Shown here one piece after another: positions 1 to 10,943 of a DNA stretch of 64,000 nucleotides (positions are counted from its first letter, which is position 1; each line of letters begins with the position of its first letter). The position numbers and the translations under genes were made by a program. Below the pieces are notes generated by a model. It made no database searches and was not told where the DNA came from. It worked only from the letters and a program-made list of their open reading frames with translations. The DNA comes from Candidatus Heimdallarchaeota archaeon (GTDB taxonomy: Archaea; Asgardarchaeota; Heimdallarchaeia; Heimdallarchaeales; Heimdallarchaeaceae). The stretch is taken from assembly GCA_019057815.1 (NCBI GenBank), contig JAHLWR010000013.1, positions 32,001 through 96,000 of the forward strand, written 5' to 3'.

Positions 1-386
1 GTAATAAGTCCTGGGCAATTAGGACCCACTAAAATAACATTATTATCAATAGCTTTTTGTCTGATTCTGGCTGTATCTTTAACTGGAATACCTTCAGTGA
101 TTATTGTGAGAAGTTGGACACCTGCGTCTATAGCTTCCATTGCTGCCGAATAGGTAAACTTTGATGGAATGAATATGACAGAAGCAAGTGCTTGAGTGTC
201 ATTTACAGCTTCTTTCATAGAATCAAATACAGGAATTCCTAGAGTTTCTTGACCGCCCTTGCCTGGAGTAACCCCAGCAACGATTTTTGTGCCATAATCT
301 ATCATAGATTTTGAATGAAAATTTCCTTGCTTTCCCGTGATTCCTTGAACAATTACTTTAGTTGTTTCATCAATTAGAATAGCCAT
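1..386 (-). CDS. sucD: Succinyl-CoA synthetase alpha subunit (3' end runs off the window)
   Basis: Manual translation from ATG at 386: [24 protein letters not shown]...[10 protein letters not shown]...IITEGIP...VGPNCPG. These are hallmark SucD motifs, and the gene lies directly downstream of sucC. Confidence 0.96.
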   Translation of the reverse strand, partial: MAILIDETTKVIVQGITGKQGNFHSKSMIDYGTKIVAGVTPGKGGQETLGIPVFDSMKEAVNDTQALASVIFIPSKFTYSAAMEAIDAGVQLLTIITEGIPVKDTARIRQKAIDNNVILVGPNCPGLI

Positions 387-387
387 T

Positions 388-1530
388 TTAATTTCCTCCT
401 TTAACTAATTCAACAATCTTCTTAGCTGCAGGTACCATTTCTCCATAAGCTTTGATACCGTTTTCATCTAAGATTTGAATGCCTCTTTTGTCATTTGTAC
501 CTACTAATCTGATTACTACAGGAACATCTATATTGTATTTTTTTGTTGCATTAATAACTCCTCTAGCAACATCATCACATCGAGTGATACCTGCAAAGAA
601 ATTTATGAAAATTCCTTTGATATCTTGATTTGAGAGAATTTCAAGGGATTTTTCAATCTTTATATCACCAGCTCCTCCTCCTACATCCAAGAAATTTGCT
701 GGAGAACTTCCAAAGAACTCAAGAATATCACATGTTGCCATGGATAAACCTGCTCCACCTGCGATAATACCTATCTCTCCGTCAAGTTGGACATAACTAA
801 TGCCAGCTTCATCAGCTTCATATTCCAAATCGGTGTGTCTATCACGTTGAGATTTCAATGAAGCTATCTTTGGTTGTCTATAGTATGCATTACCATCTAT
901 AACTACTTTAGAATCTGCTGCAATAATCTTTTTATCAGGTGTTAAAATCAACGGATTGATTTCTATAAGTGTAAGATCGTTCTTTATTGCCATGTTAACC
1001 ATGTTTGTCATAAGGCTTGTAAACTGTGTTAATGTTCGAGCTACGAATCCCAATTTTTTTCCTAATTCCATGAACTGATATGGAAATGGTTCAGTAAGTA
1101 TAGGTAGAGTCTTTCGAAAAATCTCATCAGGATAATTTTCTGCAATATCTTCTATATCAACTCCTCCTCTTGAACTTGCAAGAGTGAGATACTGACCAGA
1201 AGTGTTGTCTAACATAACAGCCAGATAATACTCCTTCTCGATTTCTAGTGGTTCTTCAAGCATTACAAGCTCAATTGGTTTTCCCCGGTGGTATTGACCA
1301 AGAATACTCTGAATGTAATCTTCAGCTTCATCAGTTGTTACTTTTTTGATTAAACCTGCTTTCCCTCTTCCCCCAGAAAGAGATTGACCTTTAGCCATCA
1401 TTACATTGCTGTTAAGCTCTTCAGCAAAAGCTTTGATACTATCACTATCAGTATAAGCTTTAAATCGAGGAACAGGAATTTTACTATCCTTAAATAATTG
1501 TTTTCCTTCTATCTCGTAAAGCATGCTCAT
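388..1530 (-). CDS. sucC: Succinyl-CoA synthetase beta subunit
   Basis: [50 protein letters not shown] and RLVGTN motifs. Confidence 0.96.
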   Translation of the reverse strand: MSMLYEIEGKQLFKDSKIPVPRFKAYTDSDSIKAFAEELNSNVMMAKGQSLSGGRGKAGLIKKVTTDEAEDYIQSILGQYHRGKPIELVMLEEPLEIEKEYYLAVMLDNTSGQYLTLASSRGGVDIEDIAENYPDEIFRKTLPILTEPFPYQFMELGKKLGFVARTLTQFTSLMTNMVNMAIKNDLTLIEINPLILTPDKKIIAADSKVVIDGNAYYRQPKIASLKSQRDRHTDLEYEADEAGISYVQLDGEIGIIAGGAGLSMATCDILEFFGSSPANFLDVGGGAGDIKIEKSLEILSNQDIKGIFINFFAGITRCDDVARGVINATKKYNIDVPVVIRLVGTNDKRGIQILDENGIKAYGEMVPAAKKIVELVKGGN

Positions 1531-1620
1531 GATGAGCTTGTGATTTAGACCATTATTTAAGGTCTTTGTAGTATGCTTAAAGCGAAAAAAACATCAAATA
1601 AAGTTAAACAGACTCTAGAC

Positions 1621-1929
1621 CTATTCTTTCTTAACCATTTCAACGCGTCTTGCTCTAGGGTATGACAAAACCCACTTTTTACCACAATCAGGACAAGTAA
1701 GGCGCAGATCCACTTTTTTAGAAGTTTTAGAAGCCATTTTTGTTTGAGTTACTGGTCGTTTGCTGTATTTTCCTAGGTTTCCATATCCTCTTCTTCGGAG
1801 TTTTTCTTTTCTTGCGGTAGCGCTAAATCCACCTTTTCTTCTAGCAGATTTCTCCTGTTTCACTTTCATTGTTTTATGTTTTCCGCATTTAGGACAGTAT
1901 TTAAACATCGTCTCTGGTATCTTGGCCAT
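1621..1929 (-). CDS. rpl44e: 50S ribosomal protein L44e (eL42)
   Basis: KIP...YCPKCGKH...K(K/V)DLRLTCPDCGK zinc ribbon, very basic. Likely ATG at 1929 (ORF track extends to 1944). Confidence 0.93.
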   Translation of the reverse strand: MAKIPETMFKYCPKCGKHKTMKVKQEKSARRKGGFSATARKEKLRRRGYGNLGKYSKRPVTQTKMASKTSKKVDLRLTCPDCGKKWVLSYPRARRVEMVKKE

Positions 1930-2009
1930 TCTAGTAACTTCCACTTACTTTTTGCAATGATGTGCATATTTAATTATTTCTCTAGATGAGAATTCTCAGT
2001 CTTCAATCT

Positions 2010-2321
2010 TTAAAATTCTCTGAGAGCTTGAATGTCTCGTAATTTTTGGATTGGGATTATTTGGTAGTCTCTACTAGGTCTTTCTCTTGTGATACTGATA
2101 GGTAAAACCTTGCTACGTAATTCAAATTCAGCTATAACGATAGGCGATTTCCCTTCGAATGCTTCAGCTTGTATTAGAATAGGCGCACCCAGACTGAGTT
2201 GCAGTGCTCTAGCTCCAACAATTCGAGCTCTTTCAAAACGTGTAAGGTGGTCAGGACCTATGATTATCTTTTTATCAGAAATCATTTCCTGTGGGATGTA
2301 ATCCTTTTTCTGGTCTCTCAT
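2010..2321 (-). CDS. rpoK: RNA polymerase subunit Rpo6/K
   Basis: LTRFERARIVGARALQLSLGAP...IAEFEL...LPISITR signature. Confidence 0.95.
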   Translation of the reverse strand: MRDQKKDYIPQEMISDKKIIIGPDHLTRFERARIVGARALQLSLGAPILIQAEAFEGKSPIVIAEFELRSKVLPISITRERPSRDYQIIPIQKLRDIQALREF

Positions 2322-2659
2322 AAAAAATCACCAAAATATAGCATGAAATTACATCCTCCCGTCAAAACTATATCTTAAAAGTGTTTAGATTAACGATATG
2401 TTTTAACCTGTTTTTATATCTTCTAAAGAATAGTAAATGAATCTGATAAAAAAATTAGGATTTTAGGAGTAGACATAAGTATAACAGTTACCTTTACAAT
2501 AAATATTTTAAAGAAAAACGCAAGTGTTATATTAGATACTTTGCATATCTGAAAAAACTTTAATAAGAGATATCTTACAAACACTTGATTAAGGAAAAAG
2601 TATAAAAACGCTTATAAAACGACTTTAGAAATTTAATATAACCGACGGATTGAAAAAAA

Positions 2660-3220
2660 ATGCTTGGGTCATTCTCTTCATGGTTAAGAACGAAGATGAA
2701 AAAGGAACAAAAAGCAAAGATTCTAATTCTAGGATTAGATGCTGCGGGAAAAACAACTTTAACCCGTTACATGCGTTTTGGTACCTTTACAGAGAATTTA
2801 ACACCTACAATCGGTCAAAATATAGAAAGTTTTGAATTTGAGGGATGGACAATAACTGCAATAGATGTAGCAGGACAATCACATTTCAGATTCCTATGGG
2901 AAGCACACTATCCAGGGACAGAGAGTGTAATATTTGTAATGGATGCAGCAAATATTGAAAGACTGCCAGAGGCAAGGGATGTATTAAAAACACATGTATT
3001 CAATAATCCATACTTGGAAAACGTCCCTATCCTTATTTTAGCCAACAAACAGGATCTTCCAGGAGCTGTTGAGGCTCCACTATTGATTCAGATGTTAGGA
3101 CTTCATCTTGATTTGAAGGATCGAACCTTTGCTGTTTTTGATTGTTCTATTTTACATGGAAAAGGCGTTAAAGAAGCTTTTATTTGGCTTATTAATGAAT
3201 TAGAATCAAAAGGACTGTAA
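2660..3220 (+). CDS. Arf/Arl-family small GTPase
   Basis: ILILGLDAAGKTT, PTIGQN, DVAGQ..FRFLW..HY, ILANKQD motifs and an N-terminal amphipathic extension. Confidence 0.93.
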   Translation: MLGSFSSWLRTKMKKEQKAKILILGLDAAGKTTLTRYMRFGTFTENLTPTIGQNIESFEFEGWTITAIDVAGQSHFRFLWEAHYPGTESVIFVMDAANIERLPEARDVLKTHVFNNPYLENVPILILANKQDLPGAVEAPLLIQMLGLHLDLKDRTFAVFDCSILHGKGVKEAFIWLINELESKGL

Positions 3221-3250
3221 AATACAAAACGTTTTTTCTCTATTATGTTG

Positions 3251-4528
3251 CTAGTTTTCTATTTTCTTTGGAGTAAATTTAAATTTGGCAATAAACCCTC
3301 CAGTATTTTTGATCTTTAGTGGGTCTAGAAAAATCGTGGATGTTTTTCGTTCTAATGCTATCTTATCTTCTTCTACCGGTTTGATGTATCTAGCTGAAAA
3401 ATCACCTTTATTTTGATATTCTCTTATTTCCTGCGGAAAACTTTGGCTTTTATAGTAGGATTTTGAAACAAGATTCTCAAAGATTTTCTCGTTTTCAAAG
3501 TTATCTATAGAATGTGTTACATATGTAATTGAAGCTTGGTTATAAAGACATCTGAAGAGATTGCTAGTTATTCTGATTTGTTTTTTAACCATCTTTTCTA
3601 GTAAAGAAATTGAAAGGTTTGATCTAAACGAAGGAATTACAGAAGAGCGAGAATTTTGAAGTTCAAGATAAACACTCGTAAATTTTATTTCCTGATTTAT
3701 TCTTACAAACTGAGGAAATGTATCTACCAATAATCTCACAGATTTTGATTTTGTTCTAGCAAATGTTCTCTGAAGAACTCTAGAATGCTCTTTATTTTGT
3801 GCAATAACTGTAATTGGAACTTTATGATGAGTCAACTCAGATAGATAACTTGCTGCCTCACCATTATCTGTTGACATGACGAGGATGTTATCTTTTATGC
3901 TGTGATACATTGATTTTATTCCAATTGCTTGAACAGGAGTTAGAATATTAAAAAAACCCCTTCGATAAAACTCAAGTTCAGCTAATGGTGGTGCATAAGC
4001 AAGAGAACTAGTATTTTTTGCGATAACTCTCTGTGGAGCTGTGGGTATAAGTTCACTGCTGATTTCTGCTTTTCCTAACGCTAATAGTTTTTCTCCCTTG
4101 TATACTATTCTTAAAGTATCCCCTGTTTCGAACTTATCATAATTGATTATATCAGCAGTAAGAATATCTTTTCCTAGTGCAGCACTTGGTATTGCTTCTC
4201 TATCAACTATAATTCTTGGGTATCTAATTCCATCATCCTTTAACTCTCTTTGTTCAACTTCTACTTCTAGAAAATCCTCAAAATAACGGTGTTTCTTAAC
4301 TTTAAAATCCATTTCATCTAGCTTATCTCTTACTGTATCAATATCTACTCTAGTAGTATTAACTTGAACCCACAATGTTTCAAGAGGTTTTCGAAGATTT
4401 CTGAGTAAGTTCTCTGTATACTCTTTGCCAAAAGTTTCTATCCAGTGATAGAGTAAACTAGGTTTATAATCATATATTGAAGCTATTCTTTTTGCTTCTT
4501 CAATAATTTCTAGGCGTGTCAAACTCAT
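3251..4528 (-). CDS. RsmB/NOP2(NSUN)-like protein with PUA domain, catalytic motifs degenerate
   Basis: VQVNTTR N-terminal motif, PUA-like segment, ELEFYRRGFF, and THSI..FENE corresponding to the TCS...ENE motif. Confidence 0.7.
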   Translation of the reverse strand: MSLTRLEIIEEAKRIASIYDYKPSLLYHWIETFGKEYTENLLRNLRKPLETLWVQVNTTRVDIDTVRDKLDEMDFKVKKHRYFEDFLEVEVEQRELKDDGIRYPRIIVDREAIPSAALGKDILTADIINYDKFETGDTLRIVYKGEKLLALGKAEISSELIPTAPQRVIAKNTSSLAYAPPLAELEFYRRGFFNILTPVQAIGIKSMYHSIKDNILVMSTDNGEAASYLSELTHHKVPITVIAQNKEHSRVLQRTFARTKSKSVRLLVDTFPQFVRINQEIKFTSVYLELQNSRSSVIPSFRSNLSISLLEKMVKKQIRITSNLFRCLYNQASITYVTHSIDNFENEKIFENLVSKSYYKSQSFPQEIREYQNKGDFSARYIKPVEEDKIALERKTSTIFLDPLKIKNTGGFIAKFKFTPKKIEN

Positions 4529-4670
4529 CTGCAGTGAATGTGCTGTTCTTTAGAGCTTTAAGAATATTTTCACTAACGAGAGAACAAGTAGTCAATTGAA
4601 ATATCTCCAATAAAAGTATTTATCAAAAACTTGAAAAATCTAAGTCATAACACACAGTTAGGGTTGTAAA

Positions 4671-5150
4671 ATGGAATCTCCTATCTCAATTCGTCAAGCT
4701 GAACTTGGAGACATAAATGATATCATTAGAATAAATAGATTGTGCCTTCCTGAAAATTATTCGTTTGATTTCTTCTATAGAATAATCAGTGAAAATGGTT
4801 ATGGTTGTGTTGTGGCAGAAATTAATGAGAAGATTCAAGGATATGTTTTATCAAGAACTGAACGACCTCTTTCTTCATTTATAGGTATTCAATCAATCAA
4901 AGGTCATATTATCTCAATAGCAGTATTACCTCAATATCGTAGAAGCGGACTAGGCACAAAGATGATGAAATATATAATGAATAAGCAGATAGAGCACAAA
5001 ATTGAGATTGTTTATCTGGAAGTAAGAGTTTCAAATATTGCAGCCATAGAAATGTACAAAAACTTGGGTTACTCAATAAAAAAGGAGTTAGGGAATTATT
5101 ACAGAGATGGAGAATCAGCTTTTCACATGGAATGGGGAAAAGAAAAGTAG
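4671..5150 (+). CDS. rimI: N-terminal protein acetyltransferase, Ard1/RimI GNAT family
   Basis: NRLCLPENY, GHIISIAV..YRRSGLG, LEVRVSN.AA..Y...G and YYRDGESA motifs. Confidence 0.93.
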   Translation: MESPISIRQAELGDINDIIRINRLCLPENYSFDFFYRIISENGYGCVVAEINEKIQGYVLSRTERPLSSFIGIQSIKGHIISIAVLPQYRRSGLGTKMMKYIMNKQIEHKIEIVYLEVRVSNIAAIEMYKNLGYSIKKELGNYYRDGESAFHMEWGKEK

Positions 5151-5216
5151 GTACAGCTGTTTTCTGCACAGTAATGTAACCATTTTATACTCAAATCTGA
5201 ACATTGAAATGACACC

Positions 5217-8200
5217 ATGACTCTCTATTACCTGGATCAACCTTCTTCTAGCTCGTCAATATATTCTTTCTTAGCTGATGAAATAAAAGATTGGTTCACT
5301 ACAAAATTCCACGCAGGTTTTACTCCACCACAGCTATATACGATACCTTCAATTCACGATAGAAAAAACACATTAATTTTCAGTTCAACTGGTTCTGGAA
5401 AAACTTTTGCGGCTTTTTTAGCTGCTATCAATGAACTATTTGTTGAAGCTAAAAAAGGTACATTAAAAGATCAAATTTATGTTTTATACATCTCTCCTCT
5501 GAAAGCTCTTGGAAATGACATTAAAAAGAATCTAGAGGAGCCTTTACAAGGAATACAAGATTTAGCAGCTTCTAATAATCTCATCACACCAAAGATTAGA
5601 GTTGGAGTAAGGACTGGAGATACACCTCAGTCTGAAAGAGTTAAGATGCTGAAATCTCCACCTCAAATATTAATCACCACTCCTGAGAGTCTAGGTTTAA
5701 TTCTAACATCCCCCAAATTTTCTTTGCATCTTAAGAGTGTTCGTTGGGTAATAATTGACGAGATTCATGAAGTAAGTAACAACAAAAGAGGAACTTTTCT
5801 TTCTTTATGCATTGAGTACTTACAAGCAGAATTAGCAGAAAAAGAATTTACTCGAATAGGTTTAAGTGCCACTCAAGCACCAATCGAGGAAATTGCTCGG
5901 TTTTTAGTTGGACGTAATCTTGATGGGAAAGAGAGGGATTGTTATATAGCTAACCTTCCACCACTAAGAAAATTTGATTTAGAGGTTATAAGTCCTGTTA
6001 AAGATCTTCTTCATACTCCCTATATTCTTGCTCAAGAAGGGATTTATACACTACTCGCGGATTTAATTCTAGACCATGAAACATCGATTGTTTTTACAAA
6101 TACGAGGAAGGGAGCTGAGAATATTGCTTTCAAATTAAAGGAATTTCTAGGTCCAGAATATTCTTCCTCTATAGCAGTTCACCATTCAAGCCTTTCACGT
6201 GAGATTCGTCTAGATGTAGAAGATAAGCTGAAAAATAACGAGTTATTAGCTGTAATATCCTCTACTTCGTTGGAACTTGGGATTGATATAGGTAGTGCCG
6301 AAATAGTTTCGCAAGTTGGTTCCCCGAAATCCGTAGCTAAATATCTTCAAAGAGTGGGAAGAAGTGGGCATAGCATCGATAAAATAGCTAAAGGAAGATT
6401 ACTAGTAACCGATCGTGATGATGCTTTAGAGTGTTCTGTACTCACAAAAAGCACATATATTCGAGATATTGACAAGGTACAAATTCCTGAGAATTGTTTA
6501 GATGTTCTTGCTCAGCTCCTTGTAGGTTTTTCTATTGTTAAGAGATGGAATGTCGATGATGCTTATAAGATGATTCGATGTTCATATAGCTACAGAAATC
6601 TAAATTACGACGATTTCATTAACATTTTAGAATATCTTGGAGGGTATAATTTAGAAATAGAGGAGCGAAAAGTATACCGAAAAATCTGGTATGACCATCA
6701 GGAAAAGGCATTTGGAAAAAAGAGAAACACTCGATTGCTATTTTATACAAACATAGGGACAATACCAGATAATGCTGATTTTAGTGTAGAGCTGGAAACT
6801 TATAGAACTAGAATAGGTAGGTTATCTGAAAGTTTTGTTGAGAAACTTACGACTGGAGATGTTTTTGTTTTAGGAAGTCATACTTACCAATTCAAACGAA
6901 CTGTAGGGTCGAGAGTAATAGTATCTGAAGCTTTTGGACGAAGACCTACAGTTCCCAGCTGGGTAGGAGAGATGCTACCTCGTTCTTTTGAGCTTTCTCT
7001 ACAAATTGGAAGATTCATCGAATTAGTAGCTGAAAAAATCAAGAAAGAAAATCATGAAGAAATCAAAGAATGGATTATGAGCTCTTTCAAAAGCGATGAA
7101 GTGATTGCTAAAACAATAATACAATATATTAATGAACAAGTTTTGTTTTTGAATGCAGTACCATCAGATAAAATGATGCTAGTTGAATCCTTTATTGATC
7201 CTCAAGGAAGAATGAATATTATTTTTCACGCGTATTATGGACGAAGAGTTAACGATACACTCTCTAGATCTTATGCGTATACCATAGGTAAAAAGATTGG
7301 AGCTGATGTTGCTTCAGCAGTTAATGATAATGGTTTTATTCTCATTCTTCCTTCAGATAAAATCATAGATCTCACAGTAATTCCTTCCATGGTCACTTCT
7401 GATAACCTTGAAACTTTGTTAAAACAAGCAATAGTCAATACAGAACTTTTCCAGTTAAGATTTAGACATGTAGCAAACAGAGCATTAATGATTTTAAGAC
7501 ATAGCGGTAATCGTCCAATTCCTGTGTCTAGACAATCACAAAATGCAAAGAGAATTCTCCCCACGATTAAACATGACGAGAACTTCTGTGTAATAAAGGA
7601 AACGTACAGAGAAATACTTCAAGATTATATGGATATAAAAAACTCTATTAGAGTAATAAAAGGACTTGAAAAGGGCGAGATTGACTTCCATATTGCCCCC
7701 TTCTCTGATTTCCCAAGTCCATTTGCTCATGGTATAGTCCTACTTGGAGTTGCAGATGTAGTACAGATAGCTGATAGAAGTGCGTTACTCAGAGAGCTTC
7801 ACCAACACGTTTTACAGAGAGTATATGGAAAAGAAGGGACAAAGGAGATTCTGTTTAGTAAAGAGCTTGTAGAAAGAATTTTCAATAATCGTAGTTATAA
7901 GAATCCTGAATTCCCTATTTCTTCACCGAGGTATTTAAGAAACGCAATCAAAGCTTTAGCTCCTCTTAGGGTAATAGAAAGCCTTCCTCCAAGCATATAC
8001 CATCTAAGTATAGTAGACCCGGAAAAAATACGCGCTTGGACTTTAGATTTGTATAATAGCGGAGATTTAGTCTCAATCCCTATTTCCAGAGACGATAATA
8101 GATCCATTATAATGTTAGATTTTCCATTGTTTTGGAATATATATGTTAAATCTACTGAGTTTGATGATTTAGGTCAAAGTATAATTGTTCTTCTTAAAAA

Positions 8201-10943
8201 GAATGACAAACTATCTTCAAGAGATATTACAAATATCCTTAATGAAACAGATATTCAAGTATTTTCTAGTTTATACAAACTAGAACAGAATTTTCTAATA
8301 ACAAGAATAAATTTTGAATTTTATAGAGGAAAGGTTCAATGGAAGTATACACTAATCGAGAACAAAATACCGAAAGAAATTCTTAACCAAACAAAGAATC
8401 TTGATCCTGAAGAATGTCTTAAAAGAGTTTTACTGAGATATCTAAGGGTTCATGGACCTTCTACAAAGGGTCAGATAGTAGAATATTTGAAAATTGAAGA
8501 AGAAAAAGTAGATAGATCTTTATCAGAGTTTGAGCAAGACACCAAGATTCTGAAAGGTCAATTTGTAGAGGGTACGGTCGACCACCAATATATTACCTTA
8601 GAAGACAGAGAATTGCTAAGAAATTTAAGTAATAGAAGTATAGATTCAATAATACTATCAAATGAAGATTTGAATTATGTGAGGTATCATTTTATTATTG
8701 AGCAATATCTTGACAGAAAAATAACTGGGAAAGAAGCTGTTCTTAATATTTTAGGTGATTTTGGTTCGATAGAAGATTTAAGTTCATTGAATATACGAAT
8801 ACAAAATTTTGATCTGGATTGGTTAAGAAGCTTGATTGGACAGAATGAATTGATTCGTGGACGTTTTGGTCATAATAGATTAGCTTATGTAAGCAGAGAA
8901 GTGTTTCCTCATTATTATTCATCATATGGTGACAAAATTCAGTTTACAAGTGTTGAAAATAAAGTATTATCTACGATTAAAAAGTATGGATCACTGACTA
9001 AGAGAGAAATCAGCGAATATGCAGAACTGGATAGTGATATAACGCAAGAAAGCATAATGTTATTGGATAAAACGTTACATCTAGTTAGGAAGTCGTTACA
9101 TTTTGAGTCTTTTGTTCCTAAGCGTTTCACACCTAATGTATATGATATTTCGACTAAATATCTAAATATAGACACACTACCATCGTACAAAGAGAGTCAA
9201 AAGTTCATACTTTTGAAACATATTCATTCGTTAGGACCCGTTTCAGTTGTGGAGCTTACTCAAGTTTCTGGGTTCAGATATAGTGATGTTGAAAGCATAA
9301 TAAAACAACTTCTAAAAGCAAAGAATGTCACAGAGAAAAAACTAACTGAAAGGGATACAAACTACTATCTAACCAAAGAACGTTATGAACAAATAGTGAA
9401 AATTAAAGCTAATTTGATTAATAATATACAATCAACAAACGAAAGGATAGTGATAATACCCAGAAATGATCCTTTTGCGAAACTCGGATTAAGGATGCAT
9501 CTCCGGGACATCTATGGAGAAGGTCACATTGACCCCATACTCTTGGATGGTTCAGTCATTGGTTCGATTGAATACAAACTTCATCCAGGAAGATATTTAC
9601 AAGTGTATGATTTAAAAATTGATGAGGATATAATTTTTGACTTCTCATTGCTTCAGAAAATCGCAGCAGAATTAACGTCATATATAAGGAATGTTCATAA
9701 AGTTCTAAGTCTCCAAATTGAAGATATTAATGGAAGGTCGATATTATCCAAGAGTAATGGAATAATTCGTGATATTTTCATTAAAACAGGCTTTCGTTTG
9801 ATTCAAGATACATTAGTGGGAGGAGAAACAATCACTCGTGTTTTCAAGAAGGATCTAGTTGAAAAATTCATTATGGATATTTTGTGGCTTAGAATTGATT
9901 ATCCTGCGTTGAACTCTGATAGTTTACTTTCGCTAATTAATCAATTTGGTTGGTTAAGTTTGGAAGGGATATTTGCAAGATTTCCCGACAATATCTCTTC
10001 AGTCACATTATATCTTCTTAATAAATTACTGGAAGAAAAGAAAATAATCTATCTGAGTAATGCTTTCTACTCATTACGCTTTGCTCGTTATAGAAAAAGT
10101 GGATTGAGACGAAGGAAACAAATAAAACAAGAGCACGTGTTAATATATAAACTGATACAAAAAGGGAATTCTACAATAGCTCAACTTACAAATAAAACCG
10201 GTGATTCAATTGTTTCTGTGAGAACAGCTATTAATGCTCTTGAGACAAATGTACAAATAGGTGTTAGAAAGCTTAGTACAACCTTTAAACCCCAAGAATA
10301 CTGGGATTTACAGCATTTTATTCCTGAATTAGAAGGGGAAAATTTAGAGCTGCGTACAAATTACATTTATGATATAGTCAAAAGTTTTGGTGTAGCAACA
10401 GAGGAACAAATTATAGAAAGGGCGTCAATTACAAGTGTTTTGTCAAAAATAAGAGTCAAAGAAGCATTAGCTAAACTTGTCGAAGAGGAAAGACTCTTAG
10501 CCGGAAGATTTGTTGAAGACACCATTCATTTCTTTTATATTACTAAAAAACATTTTGAGGAGTTAGAAATGCTTGAGAAACAGGAAGAATCGCTAGTCGA
10601 ATACATTCCTAAACTAGCTAAAGAGAAATACTACTTACTTCCACCACATGACATTGCAAATGTAATTTTGAGAGATTTGCTTCCAGAACAGTTTGATATT
10701 ACACTTGAAAGCTATAATGTTGTAATAAATCAGAAAATTGCAGCACAATTTAGCTTAGATGATTCTAATCATAAACAGTTCAGAATAAATAACCTGAATC
10801 TAGCTTCTTGGGTTAATACAGAGATGACATTCAATTACATAATAAATGCAGTTCAATCGCTCCCTTCATTTTATCCACTGGAAGTGAAACATATAGTGAT
10901 TGAACGAATTAATGGAATTTCCGTGCTTTCGTTGGTGAAATAA
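5217..10943 (+). CDS. lhr: Lhr-family SF2 helicase with long C-terminal winged-helix/HTH_42-like extension
   Basis: FTPPQ Q-motif, STGSGKT, YISPLKAL, TTPES, DEIH, GLSAT, HHSSLS, SLELGIDIG, QRVGRSGH and NIGTIPD motifs, plus about 1000 aa of wHTH-like repeats. Confidence 0.93.
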   Translation: MTLYYLDQPSSSSSIYSFLADEIKDWFTTKFHAGFTPPQLYTIPSIHDRKNTLIFSSTGSGKTFAAFLAAINELFVEAKKGTLKDQIYVLYISPLKALGNDIKKNLEEPLQGIQDLAASNNLITPKIRVGVRTGDTPQSERVKMLKSPPQILITTPESLGLILTSPKFSLHLKSVRWVIIDEIHEVSNNKRGTFLSLCIEYLQAELAEKEFTRIGLSATQAPIEEIARFLVGRNLDGKERDCYIANLPPLRKFDLEVISPVKDLLHTPYILAQEGIYTLLADLILDHETSIVFTNTRKGAENIAFKLKEFLGPEYSSSIAVHHSSLSREIRLDVEDKLKNNELLAVISSTSLELGIDIGSAEIVSQVGSPKSVAKYLQRVGRSGHSIDKIAKGRLLVTDRDDALECSVLTKSTYIRDIDKVQIPENCLDVLAQLLVGFSIVKRWNVDDAYKMIRCSYSYRNLNYDDFINILEYLGGYNLEIEERKVYRKIWYDHQEKAFGKKRNTRLLFYTNIGTIPDNADFSVELETYRTRIGRLSESFVEKLTTGDVFVLGSHTYQFKRTVGSRVIVSEAFGRRPTVPSWVGEMLPRSFELSLQIGRFIELVAEKIKKENHEEIKEWIMSSFKSDEVIAKTIIQYINEQVLFLNAVPSDKMMLVESFIDPQGRMNIIFHAYYGRRVNDTLSRSYAYTIGKKIGADVASAVNDNGFILILPSDKIIDLTVIPSMVTSDNLETLLKQAIVNTELFQLRFRHVANRALMILRHSGNRPIPVSRQSQNAKRILPTIKHDENFCVIKETYREILQDYMDIKNSIRVIKGLEKGEIDFHIAPFSDFPSPFAHGIVLLGVADVVQIADRSALLRELHQHVLQRVYGKEGTKEILFSKELVERIFNNRSYKNPEFPISSPRYLRNAIKALAPLRVIESLPPSIYHLSIVDPEKIRAWTLDLYNSGDLVSIPISRDDNRSIIMLDFPLFWNIYVKSTEFDDLGQSIIVLLKKNDKLSSRDITNILNETDIQVFSSLYKLEQNFLITRINFEFYRGKVQWKYTLIENKIPKEILNQTKNLDPEECLKRVLLRYLRVHGPSTKGQIVEYLKIEEEKVDRSLSEFEQDTKILKGQFVEGTVDHQYITLEDRELLRNLSNRSIDSIILSNEDLNYVRYHFIIEQYLDRKITGKEAVLNILGDFGSIEDLSSLNIRIQNFDLDWLRSLIGQNELIRGRFGHNRLAYVSREVFPHYYSSYGDKIQFTSVENKVLSTIKKYGSLTKREISEYAELDSDITQESIMLLDKTLHLVRKSLHFESFVPKRFTPNVYDISTKYLNIDTLPSYKESQKFILLKHIHSLGPVSVVELTQVSGFRYSDVESIIKQLLKAKNVTEKKLTERDTNYYLTKERYEQIVKIKANLINNIQSTNERIVIIPRNDPFAKLGLRMHLRDIYGEGHIDPILLDGSVIGSIEYKLHPGRYLQVYDLKIDEDIIFDFSLLQKIAAELTSYIRNVHKVLSLQIEDINGRSILSKSNGIIRDIFIKTGFRLIQDTLVGGETITRVFKKDLVEKFIMDILWLRIDYPALNSDSLLSLINQFGWLSLEGIFARFPDNISSVTLYLLNKLLEEKKIIYLSNAFYSLRFARYRKSGLRRRKQIKQEHVLIYKLIQKGNSTIAQLTNKTGDSIVSVRTAINALETNVQIGVRKLSTTFKPQEYWDLQHFIPELEGENLELRTNYIYDIVKSFGVATEEQIIERASITSVLSKIRVKEALAKLVEEERLLAGRFVEDTIHFFYITKKHFEELEMLEKQEESLVEYIPKLAKEKYYLLPPHDIANVILRDLLPEQFDITLESYNVVINQKIAAQFSLDDSNHKQFRINNLNLASWVNTEMTFNYIINAVQSLPSFYPLEVKHIVIERINGISVLSLVK

